Notes: generated by a model not told the origin, from the sequence alone. DNA of 64,000 bases from Chitinophagaceae bacterium (GCA_031399065.1 JANNOM010000083.1:1-64000); one strand, 5' to 3'. Positions 9,067 to 16,602 are shown, counted from the stretch's first letter. Translations and numbers: made by a program.

Positions 9067-9549
9067 TCATTGTACTATTTTATTAGCACAGTTGCTGCTG
9101 GCAAAAGCGTGCGGCTTGGCACGGAAAGCGAATCCCATACCCATGATATAACCCATAGCTTCTTTGAGGGCATCATTGCTTTTAAAGTTCGGGTTAGTAT
9201 TAATATCCGCATGTACCTCCATATCAATGTCGTACAGGGTAAATATCCCACAAAGGTTGTAAGCGGTATCTATACTTTTTGCCACTTCCAGTAACATCCT
9301 TTGCTTGATGCTCATTTTCTGGCGGCTGACTTCTGAGTGGACATACATAAAACCTCCTTTTCCTTTACGGATAAAAACAATCACCGTAGCAAACTCCGTT
9401 GTCTTTCCTTTTACCTGGCTATCTGTTCCTATGCATACTTTTAATGCGTGTCCGTCTGCCTTTTCACGCACGATCACTTTCCTGATCTCGTCGGCTATTG
9501 GTTGCCCGATCTCTTGTCCATTTAGTTTTTTCCATTTCTGTTCCATCAT
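9067..9549 (-). CDS. DUF458/YkuK family protein (RNase H-like fold)
   Basis: 160 aa with a conserved IGTDSQ...FATVIVF core. The gene is embedded between the tRNA array and the tRNA fragments. Confidence 0.55.
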   Translation of the reverse strand: MMEQKWKKLNGQEIGQPIADEIRKVIVREKADGHALKVCIGTDSQVKGKTTEFATVIVFIRKGKGGFMYVHSEVSRQKMSIKQRMLLEVAKSIDTAYNLCGIFTLYDIDMEVHADINTNPNFKSNDALKEAMGYIMGMGFAFRAKPHAFASSNCANKIVQ

Positions 9550-9565
9550 ATTTTATTTATCAAAG

Positions 9566-9637
9566 CACAGGATGAAGGATTCGAACCTTCATGCACGGGG
9601 TTGGAATCCGTGTTGTTGCCAGTTACAGCAATCCTGT
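9566..9637 (-). tRNA. tRNA-Trp (anticodon CCA)
   Basis: Hand-folded as ACAGGAT-TG-CTGT-AACTGGCA-ACAA-C-ACGGA-TTCCAAC-CCCGT-GCAT-GAAGG-TTCGAAT-CCTTC-ATCCTGT-G. A1-U72 and G73 fit bacterial Trp identity. There is one mismatch each in the D-stem and anticodon stem. Confidence 0.55.
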
Positions 9638-9642
9638 CAATG

Positions 9643-9714
9643 CGGGCGAAGCAGGACTCGAACCTGCAACCACGGTGTTTCAAACCGCTGCTCTGCCATT
9701 GGAGCTATTCGTCC
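9643..9714 (-). tRNA. tRNA-Phe (anticodon GAA), second non-identical copy
   Basis: GGACGAA-TA-GCTC-CAATGGCA-GAGC-A-GCGGT-TTGAAAC-ACCGT-GGTT-GCAGG-TTCGAGT-CCTGC-TTCGCCC-G. The acceptor stem has an A3-C70 mismatch. Confidence 0.6.
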
Positions 9715-9773
9715 GGAAGGAGAGCACAGTACACAGGCCTGCAGCTCTCCGGGATACCTCCTCCCTGTTATTG

Positions 9774-9846
9774 CGGATGAAGAAAGAATCGAACTTTCAA
9801 CCTTCGGCCTAACAAACCGCCGCTCTGCCTATTGAGCTATTCATCC
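9774..9846 (-). tRNA. tRNA-Asn (anticodon GTT)
   Basis: GGATGAA-TA-GCTC-AATAGGCA-GAGC-G-GCGGT-TTGTTAG-GCCGA-AGGTT-GAAAG-TTCGATT-CTTTC-TTCATCC-G. There is a 27-43 mismatch. Confidence 0.55.
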
Positions 9847-9850
9847 ATCG

Positions 9851-9924
9851 TTGGCCCGGAGCGACTCGAACGCCCAATACACGGCTTAAAAGACCGTTAC
9901 TCTATCCATTTGAGTTACGAGCCA
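9851..9924 (-). tRNA. tRNA-Lys (anticodon TTT)
   Basis: TGGCTCG-TA-ACTC-AAATGGATA-GAGT-A-ACGGT-CTTTTAA-GCCGT-GTATT-GGGCG-TTCGAGT-CGCTC-CGGGCCA-A. It has an unusual U1-A72 pair. Confidence 0.55.
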
Positions 9925-9927
9925 ATC

Positions 9928-10003
9928 TGGTGATGATAGAAAGAATCGAACTTTCAACCGCTATCGTATAAGGATAGTGCTCTGCCAATTGAGCTATATC
10001 ATC
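9928..10003 (-). tRNA. tRNA-Ile (anticodon TAT = UAU, AUA-decoding), CCA encoded
   Basis: GATGATA-TA-GCTC-AATTGGCA-GAGC-A-CTATC-CTTATAC-GATAG-CGGTT-GAAAG-TTCGATT-CTTTC-TATCATC-A-CCA. The 5-bp anticodon stem is perfect and the 7-nt loop is C-T-TAT-A-C. The D- and T-arms are near-identical to the adjacent tRNA-Asn. Confidence 0.6.
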
Positions 10004-10115
10004 ATTTCATCGCGGCTGCGGCATTAAGACCCGCATCTCCTGCTTATTAGACTATAGTGTCACCATTACATCAAACAGTGAGGTACTTTGCCAGTTAAGC
10101 TAAAAGTGACATAGG

Positions 10116-10187
10116 TTGTTGAGGCTGGATTCGAACCAACATCATCAGTGCCAAAAACTGATATGCTAACCATTACACTACTCAACA
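10116..10187 (-). tRNA. tRNA-Gln (anticodon TTG)
   Basis: TGTTGAG-TA-GTGT-AATGGTTA-GCAT-A-TCAGT-TTTTGGC-ACTGA-TGAT-GTTGG-TTCGAAT-CCAGC-CTCAACA-A. U1-A72 is typical of bacterial Gln. Confidence 0.6.
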
Positions 10188-10193
10188 TCATTG

Positions 10194-10265
10194 CGGTTTG
10201 TACGGGAATCGAACCCATGGCAACAGATAGACAATCTGCTATGTTAGCCATTACACCAACAAACC
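10194..10265 (-). tRNA. tRNA-Asp (anticodon GTC)
   Basis: GGTTTGT-TG-GTGT-AATGGCTA-ACAT-A-GCAGA-TTGTCTA-TCTGT-TGCC-ATGGG-TTCGATT-CCCGT-ACAAACC-G. Position 37 is a pyrimidine, which is unusual. Confidence 0.55.
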
Positions 10266-10269
10266 GTAA

Positions 10270-10341
10270 TAACCCGTATGGCAATCGAACCCATATCATC
10301 ACATGGAAAATGTGAGATCCTAGCCTTTAGAAGAACGGGCT
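10270..10341 (-). tRNA. tRNA-Glu-like (anticodon TTC), degenerate, possible pseudogene
   Basis: AGCCCGT-TC-TTCT-AAAGGCTA-GGAT-C-TCACA-TTTTCCA-TGTGA-TGAT-ATGGG-TTCGATT-GCCAT-ACGGGTT-A. The D-loop pattern resembles bacterial Glu. It has a G53-G61 mismatch, a 10-25 mismatch and C37. Confidence 0.35.
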
Positions 10342-10361
10342 TTCTGAATGATATCCGGAAA

Positions 10362-10399
10362 TAAAAAAAGCCCGGTCGCTGTTAACGACCGGGCTTTTT
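10362..10399. terminator. Bidirectional rho-independent terminator
   Basis: aaaaaaaGCCCGGTCGctgttaaCGACCGGGCttttt is a 9-bp GC-rich stem flanked by A- and T-tracts. Confidence 0.7.
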
Positions 10400-10414
10400 C
10401 AAATTGCGTGAATA

Positions 10415-10582
10415 ATTAAATACTCATGCGATGATACTCCGGTCGTGGAATAAGAATGTTCTGCTCATTACCTATACAATCGCTATTGATAAATGTATTT
10501 ACATACCAATAGCCACCTTGCAATGAAGGAACGTTATTATGTATAGTAAATCGTTTAAGTCGTAACTGTAGTAGCAATTCCA
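10415..10582 (-). CDS. Hypothetical 55-aa peptide (MELLLQLRLKRFTIHNNVPSLQGGYWYVNTFINSDCIGNEQNILIPRPEYHRMSI)
   Basis: The ORF lies exactly between the two terminators and was translated by hand from the minus strand. There is no recognisable homology and it is too short for the ORF track. Confidence 0.25.
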
Positions 10583-10606
10583 TTTTTTTAATATAATAAT
10601 GATTAA

Positions 10607-10636
10607 AAATAAAAAACCCCGCTTTGTGGGCGGGGC
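10607..10636 (-). terminator. Rho-independent terminator (minus-strand orientation)
   Basis: Minus strand reads GCCCCGCccacaaaGCGGGGttttttatttttaat, a hairpin followed by a strong T-tract downstream of the AraC remnant. Confidence 0.6.
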
Positions 10637-10880
10637 TTGTATTTCAGCGATTTCGTTTATTCAACTTATTGCAGCACTACATGCCCCGGAACTGGATCGC
10701 AGCCTTTTGAGCTAAACCAATTCACTGTGATAATATGTTGTTCTATTCGTTGCATGTATATTATTTGTTTGCGATGCAAAGATGACAATCTTTTTTTGAT
10801 ATTACCAAATAATCAATGAATATTTTTAAATAAATTAAATAGACTAGGTGCTGATATTTATGTGCGTTTTCGATATCAAG

Positions 10881-11146
10881 CCTAAATGATTACTTCTTTA
10901 TTGTATTTGTTTCGGTATTCCAACGGCGACATCCCTGTAATTTTTCTGAAGACCTCACGAAATGCCTTTACATCCGAAATATCCTACTTCATAACGAACT
11001 TCGTTTACCGTTTTATGACTGCTTTCAAACGCCTTTTTTGCCGCCTTAATTTTTACTCTTTGTAAATATTCGACAGGCGTATTGCCGGTTGCTTTAATAA
11101 ATCTTCTGTCAAAACTTCTTCTGCCAACAGAAAATTTAGATGACAA
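10881..11146 (-). pseudogene. AraC/XylS-family regulator remnant (C-terminal HTH domain only, frameshifted)
   Basis: Frame A reads ...FDRRFIKATGNTPVEYLQRVKIKAAKKAFESSHKTVNEVRYEVGYF. The domain continues in another frame as DVKAFREVFRKITGMSPLEYRNKYNKEVII*. There is no N-terminal sensing domain, because the upstream space is occupied by the RhuM gene. Confidence 0.65.
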
Positions 11147-11205
11147 TTCCTCAATAGAAAATTTCTCGTGCAGTTTACTTTCAATAAAAGCCTGTGCCTT
11201 CTTTA

Positions 11206-11922
11206 CTACGTCAGTTGCTGGCCACCGAAGGTCTGGTAAATGGCGGCGAGCGATCCCTGAAATGATTCGTCTTTTTCGTTTCCGAACAGGCTGCTCCCCC
11301 CGAACTTTTCCCGAAGGCCCTGAATCGCATTCATCGCTTCCTCGTAGTTGATCTGGAATAATTCCCGGGAAGTGGTAGCCCCGATTTCCAGCGCCTGGTG
11401 ATCATACTTATCCAATACATCCAACGCATAGGTATAATCCGTGATTACTTTCAGCAGGCCGGTCGCCTCGTTGTAACTCAGCGGCTGCTTCTTCACTACA
11501 TTCGCGAGCAGCTTCACCGTCTGTTTCAGCTGGACAAATTGCTCATTTTGTTCCTGAATCCGCTTTTCATTGATAGAAAATCCCTTCACCAAATAATCTT
11601 TTAGCACTTTATTCGCCCAGATACGGAATTGAGTACCACAAGTTGATTTTACCCGGTATCCAACTGAAATAATAACATCCAGGCTATAAGCCACGACCGG
11701 CCTGTCGGAATTAGCAATTTGCAAAAAATGCAAATTGCTTTTTTCGTCGAGTTCACCTTCTTCAAAAATATTTTTTATATGCCTGGAAATTACTGACACG
11801 CTTCTTCCAAATAACTGAACCATTTGAGCCTGGCTTAACCAAACGGTATCATTTTCCAGCTTAACGTCGATGATTGTTCCCCCATCCTGGGCCTGATATA
11901 TGATAATTTCTCCTGTTTGCAT
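11206..11922 (-). CDS. RhuM-family (virulence-associated) protein
   Basis: It has a conserved core (TVWLSQAQMVQLFGRSVSVISRHIKNIFEEGEL ... LDVIISVGYRVKSTCGTQFRIWANKVLKDYLVKGF). Confidence 0.8.
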   Translation of the reverse strand: MQTGEIIIYQAQDGGTIIDVKLENDTVWLSQAQMVQLFGRSVSVISRHIKNIFEEGELDEKSNLHFLQIANSDRPVVAYSLDVIISVGYRVKSTCGTQFRIWANKVLKDYLVKGFSINEKRIQEQNEQFVQLKQTVKLLANVVKKQPLSYNEATGLLKVITDYTYALDVLDKYDHQALEIGATTSRELFQINYEEAMNAIQGLREKFGGSSLFGNEKDESFQGSLAAIYQTFGGQQLT

Positions 11923-11974
11923 AAAGAAAGAAAGACCTGAATTCAGCTATTTGTACTGATTTCAGATCTTCTTG

Positions 11975-12047
11975 TGGTGTGGGCCGGGGTTGAACCGGCG
12001 ACACATGGATTTTCAGTCCATTGCTCTACCAACTGAGCTACCGCACC
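11975..12047 (-). tRNA. tRNA-Phe (anticodon GAA), canonical copy
   Basis: GGTGCGG-TA-GCTC-AGTTGGTA-GAGC-A-ATGGA-CTGAAAA-TCCAT-GTGTC-GCCGG-TTCAACC-CCGGC-CCACACC-A. There is one acceptor mismatch (C5-A68) by my reading. Confidence 0.8.
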
Positions 12048-12098
12048 GTTTGTTGGGGGAGCAAAAATAGGAGTTTTGAATTAAACCCTGAAAAAAAC

Positions 12099-14384
12099 TT
12101 ACATCCCGTATTGACTTAAAAACTTGATACGCATGATCTTCAATTGTTCCCAGTTATAATTGCCTTCACTAAGTTCCTGCTGCGCCACCTGCAGACTGCT
12201 GGTCTCACAGCTTTTGAAGTACTCAAGGATCTCTTCGCGTTCGTATTCGTCTACCATTTCATCGATAGCGTAATCGAGGTTTAGCTTGGTGCCGCTGGCA
12301 GCGATGGTTTCCATCTCTTCGAGGAGGGCGTCGAGGCGCAGATCCTTGTTCTTGGCGATGGTTTCGAGGGGGATCTTTTTATCTGTCTGCTGTATGATGT
12401 ATACTTTAAGTCCGCTTTTGTTGACAACGCTTTTCATAACGAAATCATCGGGCCGTTCTATATTGTTTTCTTCCACGTAAGTAGCAATCAGATCCACGAA
12501 GGGTTTGCCGTAGCGCAGGGATTTGCCTTTGCTTACGCCCTGGCATTTTTCCAGTTCTTCGGTGGTAGTGGGGTACATCGTAGCCATGTCCTGCAAAGAG
12601 GTTTCCAGGAAGATGACGAAGGGAGGTAACTTACGTTTCTTAGCTTCCTGCTGACGCAGTTCTTTCAGCATTTCAAAGAGCTTCTCATCCGTTACCGCGG
12701 TGCCGCCGTTTTCGGACGGATTCTCATCGTCGTCCTCGGCGTTTGCGTCTTCGAAGAGGTTGTTCATCACTATCATGAAAGAAACAGGTTTCTTGAGAAA
12801 CTTTTCTCCTTTGGAAGTCAGTTTAAGTACGCCATATTCTTCTATGTCTTTTTGTAAAATGCCTTCAAGCAGCAACTGACGGATGAGCGAGTTCCAGAAG
12901 TGTTCGGCTTCGCTTTTACCGATACCGAATTCGGCCAGTTTTTCGTGGCGGTACATCTGTATCTGGGGGGTCAGTTTGCCTATAATAATATTGATCGCAT
13001 ATTCCGTTGGAAAGCGCTCGTCGAGGGCCTTCACTGCTTTCAGGGCTTTTACGGCGTTATCTTTGGCTTCTACCCTTTCTTTGGGATGACGGCAGTTATC
13101 GCAATTGCCGCAGTTCTCCTGGGTATAAGGCTCGCCGAAATAGCTCATCAACGTTTTTCTCCGGCAAACGCCGCTTTCTGCATACGCTACGGTTTCCGCG
13201 ATCAGTTGCGCCCCTACTTCACGCTCACTTAAGGGTTTGTCACGCATGAGGTGTTCCAGTTTGGAAACGTCTTTATGCGAATAATAAAGAATACACTTGC
13301 CTTCCAACCCGTCGCGGCCGCCGCGGCCGGTTTCCTGGTAATAGTTTTCGATCGATTTCGGAATATTATAGTGTATCACGAAACGAACATCGGGCTTGTC
13401 GATGCCCATACCAAAAGCGATGGTGGCTACTATTACCTGTACATTTTCGTTCAGGAAAAGGTCCTGCCGGTTGGCGCGCAGTTTACTGTCGAGGCCCGCA
13501 TGGTAGGCAACGGCTTTAATGCCATTTGCCATCAGCATGTCGGCCAGTTCTTCCGTCGTTTTCCGGTTAAGTGTATATATAATACCGCTTTTGCCTTTAT
13601 TCTGTAAAATAAACCGGACAATATTACGGATGGTGTCTTCTTTGTTAATCTTGGGAAGTATCTCGTAGCTGAGGTTGGGCCTGTTGAAGGACGAAATAAA
13701 AATGTTCGGCTCCCGGAGACCGAGATTTTTTATGATATCGCTCTGTACCTTTGGCGTGGCTGTGGCGGTAAGGGCGATTACAGGTATTTTCTCATTGATA
13801 ATATCCATCATTTCCCTCAAACGGCGGTATTCCGGCCGGAAATCATGACCCCATTCCGATATGCAATGGGCTTCATCTACCGCGAAGAAAGAGAGCGGCA
13901 GCTCCCTGAAAAAGTCGAGGTTTTCCTGCTTGGTGAGGGTCTCCGGTGCCACATACAACAGTTTGGTTTTACCGGAGGTAAGATCGCTCTTGACCTGCAC
14001 GGTTTCCTTTTTTGTGAGGGTGGAGTTTAAAAAATGGGCGACGTTATCCCGGCTGCTATAGCTTCTTACCAGGTCTACCTGGTTTTTCATCAGTGCTATC
14101 AGGGGAGACACCACTACGGCTACTCCTTCGCTGATCATGGCGGGTAGCTGGTAGCAAAGGCTTTTTCCCCCGCCGGTAGGCATAATTACGAACGTGTCTT
14201 TTCCGCCAAGTACAGATTGTATAATTTCTTCCTGCGGGCCCTTGAACCCGTCGAAACCAAACTGATGCTGTAACTGGGCGGAAAGGGTGGAGAGCTCTTT
14301 CTTGTTATCTGTCTTTTTGCCGGTTTTTATCCCGGTCGTTACTTTAGTGGTCGATTTTTTTGTTGTTGCAGTAGCCATTCTCAT
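12099..14384 (-). CDS. recQ: ATP-dependent DNA helicase RecQ
   Basis: 761 aa with Walker A (PTGGGKS), DEAH box (VDEAHCISEWGHDFRPEY), RQC zinc motif (CGNCDNC) and a C-terminal HRDC region. Confidence 0.9.
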   Translation of the reverse strand: MRMATATTKKSTTKVTTGIKTGKKTDNKKELSTLSAQLQHQFGFDGFKGPQEEIIQSVLGGKDTFVIMPTGGGKSLCYQLPAMISEGVAVVVSPLIALMKNQVDLVRSYSSRDNVAHFLNSTLTKKETVQVKSDLTSGKTKLLYVAPETLTKQENLDFFRELPLSFFAVDEAHCISEWGHDFRPEYRRLREMMDIINEKIPVIALTATATPKVQSDIIKNLGLREPNIFISSFNRPNLSYEILPKINKEDTIRNIVRFILQNKGKSGIIYTLNRKTTEELADMLMANGIKAVAYHAGLDSKLRANRQDLFLNENVQVIVATIAFGMGIDKPDVRFVIHYNIPKSIENYYQETGRGGRDGLEGKCILYYSHKDVSKLEHLMRDKPLSEREVGAQLIAETVAYAESGVCRRKTLMSYFGEPYTQENCGNCDNCRHPKERVEAKDNAVKALKAVKALDERFPTEYAINIIIGKLTPQIQMYRHEKLAEFGIGKSEAEHFWNSLIRQLLLEGILQKDIEEYGVLKLTSKGEKFLKKPVSFMIVMNNLFEDANAEDDDENPSENGGTAVTDEKLFEMLKELRQQEAKKRKLPPFVIFLETSLQDMATMYPTTTEELEKCQGVSKGKSLRYGKPFVDLIATYVEENNIERPDDFVMKSVVNKSGLKVYIIQQTDKKIPLETIAKNKDLRLDALLEEMETIAASGTKLNLDYAIDEMVDEYEREEILEYFKSCETSSLQVAQQELSEGNYNWEQLKIMRIKFLSQYGM

Positions 14385-14535
14385 ATATTTTCAATCTCAC
14401 GATTTAAAAAGGTGTTTTATAGGGTCAGCGAAGCTACAAAAAAACAATGGGGGAACCAAAGAGAATGTGGAGGGTGACTTACCCGGCCGCACTGCCCTTA
14501 GATTCGCCGTAATCCCCTACTTTTGCGCTGCACGC

Positions 14536-15501
14536 ATGGAAAAAAAAGACATTTACGGGATCGCCGTCAGCACCATCGACACCGAAGCTGCATCGGTGGC
14601 CTCCCTGCGTAATTATATAGGCGACGATTTTTTAAAAGCGGTACAAGCCGTTTTTGATTGTAAGGGCAGACTGGTAGTGAGCGGTATCGGCAAGAGTGCT
14701 ATTATTGCCCAGAAAATAGTGGCTACGCTCAATTCTACCGGCACTCCGGCTTTATATATGCACGCTGCGGATGCTATTCATGGCGACCTGGGAATGATAC
14801 GTGAGGAAGATACCGTACTGGTGATCAGCAAAAGCGGCAGCAGCCCGGAAATAAAAGTGCTGTTGCCATTGGTTAAAAGCTTTGGAAATACATTAATAGG
14901 AATGGTGGGCAATATGGAATCGTTCCTGGCTAGGAATGCGGATTTCGTACTGAATACGACGGTATCCAAAGAAGCTTGTCCCAATAACCTGGCCCCCACC
15001 AGCAGTACTACCGCACAAATGGTAATGGGCGACACACTTGCCGTATGCCTGATGGAGCTACGGGGCTTTTCGGGAGATGATTTCGCCAAATTTCATCCGG
15101 GTGGTATGCTGGGTAAACAGTTGTACCTAAGGGTACGCGACCTGTTTATAGACAACGAGAAGCCGGCCGTTAAAGCAGATGATACCCTGAAAGATGTGAT
15201 CCTGGAAATGACGCGTACCCGGCTGGGCGCTACCGCCGTGGTAAACGATGAACAGGAGCTGGTGGGTTTTATTACTGATGGCGACCTGCGAAGAATGCTG
15301 CAAAAAAATGTATCCATCGACGTTATTAGGGCTAAAGATATTATGACCGTTCATCCTAAAACCATACATCCGGACGAGCTGGCCGTGCAGGCACTCGATC
15401 TGTTGCGCAGTCACAGTATCACGCACCTGGTGGTGGCGGAGGGAACAAAGTATTCCGGTATTTTGCATTTGCATGATCTTATTAAAGAAGGTTTGATCTG
15501 A
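14536..15501 (+). CDS. kpsF: KpsF/GutQ family sugar-phosphate (arabinose-5-phosphate) isomerase, SIS + 2 CBS domains
   Basis: SIS motif VSGIGKSAIIAQK and tandem CBS domains. The internal ATG at 14536 removes the overlap with recQ. Confidence 0.8.
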   Translation: MEKKDIYGIAVSTIDTEAASVASLRNYIGDDFLKAVQAVFDCKGRLVVSGIGKSAIIAQKIVATLNSTGTPALYMHAADAIHGDLGMIREEDTVLVISKSGSSPEIKVLLPLVKSFGNTLIGMVGNMESFLARNADFVLNTTVSKEACPNNLAPTSSTTAQMVMGDTLAVCLMELRGFSGDDFAKFHPGGMLGKQLYLRVRDLFIDNEKPAVKADDTLKDVILEMTRTRLGATAVVNDEQELVGFITDGDLRRMLQKNVSIDVIRAKDIMTVHPKTIHPDELAVQALDLLRSHSITHLVVAEGTKYSGILHLHDLIKEGLI

Positions 15502-15519
15502 GATGAATAAAAACAAATT

Positions 15520-16602
15520 ATGAATAAACATCATTATGTAGCCATTATGGCCGGCGGCATCGGCAGCCGCTTCTGGCCAATGAGCCGTACCGGGTATCCC
15601 AAACAGTTCCTGGATATTCTCAAAACCGGTAAAACACTTATCCAGTGGACCTTCGACCGCTTCGCTGAATTTATTCCCAGAGAGAACATCTTTATAGTTA
15701 CCTCACAGGAGTATGCAGACATTGTGAAGGAGCAGTTGCCCGATGTAGTACATGACAATATATTAGGTGAACCCTCCCGCAAAAATACGGCCCCCTGCGT
15801 CGCTTATATATCATTCAAACTGTTGCAGAAAGATCCGCTGGCTTCACTGATAGTGGCCCCTTCCGATCACCTGATACTGGATACCACTGCTTTTAAAAAA
15901 GTATGTGTGGAAGCCCTGAGCTTCGTAAACAAGCACAATGCGTTTATAACCCTGGGCATAAAACCAACCCACCCCAATACCGGGTATGGCTATATCCAGT
16001 ACGAGCAGCAGGGTGTGTCCGATAATGTGTATGCCGTTAAAACGTTTACCGAAAAGCCCAATGCAGAACTGGCAAAGACCTTTCTGGCAAGCGGCGACTT
16101 CCTATGGAACGCAGGTATTTTTGTGTGGCAGGTAAAGAACATAATAGTAGCTTTCGAAAAATACCTTCCTGAAATGTATGAGGTGTTCTCTGCAGAAAAA
16201 GAAAAATTCAATACGGAGGAAGAAATATCTGTCCTGCAGCAGATATACCCGCAGTGTACCAATATCTCTATCGATTTCGGTATTATGGAAAAGGCGGATA
16301 ATGTTTACGTAATTCCTTCCTCCTTCGGATGGAGCGACCTGGGTACCTGGAACAGTGCTTATGATAACCTGGAAAAAGACAAAGAAGGCAATGCGGTGGC
16401 AGGCGATCAGGTTATTTTGATCGACTCGCATAACTGTATGGTGCATAAATCATCTGATAAGCTCATCATGCTGCAGGGCATGGAAGATTTTATAGTGGTG
16501 GATACCAAAGACGTGCTGATGGTATGTAAAAAAGATAAAGAGCAGGACATTAAAGAATATGTAGCAGAAGTAAAAAAGACAGCGGGTGACAAATTTATTT
16601 AA
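15520..16602 (+). CDS. manC: Mannose-1-phosphate guanylyltransferase
   Basis: It carries a nucleotidyltransferase G-loop (AIMAGGIGSRFWPMSR). Confidence 0.8.
   Translation: MNKHHYVAIMAGGIGSRFWPMSRTGYPKQFLDILKTGKTLIQWTFDRFAEFIPRENIFIVTSQEYADIVKEQLPDVVHDNILGEPSRKNTAPCVAYISFKLLQKDPLASLIVAPSDHLILDTTAFKKVCVEALSFVNKHNAFITLGIKPTHPNTGYGYIQYEQQGVSDNVYAVKTFTEKPNAELAKTFLASGDFLWNAGIFVWQVKNIIVAFEKYLPEMYEVFSAEKEKFNTEEEISVLQQIYPQCTNISIDFGIMEKADNVYVIPSSFGWSDLGTWNSAYDNLEKDKEGNAVAGDQVILIDSHNCMVHKSSDKLIMLQGMEDFIVVDTKDVLMVCKKDKEQDIKEYVAEVKKTAGDKFI

Noticed and set aside
9715-9773. 59-nt gap between tRNA-Phe and tRNA-Asn containing a GGAGAGC...GCTCTCC hairpin. I considered a hidden tRNA.
   Set aside because: There is no T-loop (GTTCRANYC) motif and no cloverleaf. 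It is more likely a processing or spacer hairpin.
14287-14535. N-terminal 83-aa extension of the kpsF ORF as given in the ORF track (starts at 14287 and overlaps the recQ start).
   Set aside because: The extension is hydrophobic and low complexity, and it overlaps recQ on the opposite strand. The canonical KpsF N-terminus (MEKKDIYG...) begins at the internal ATG at 14536.
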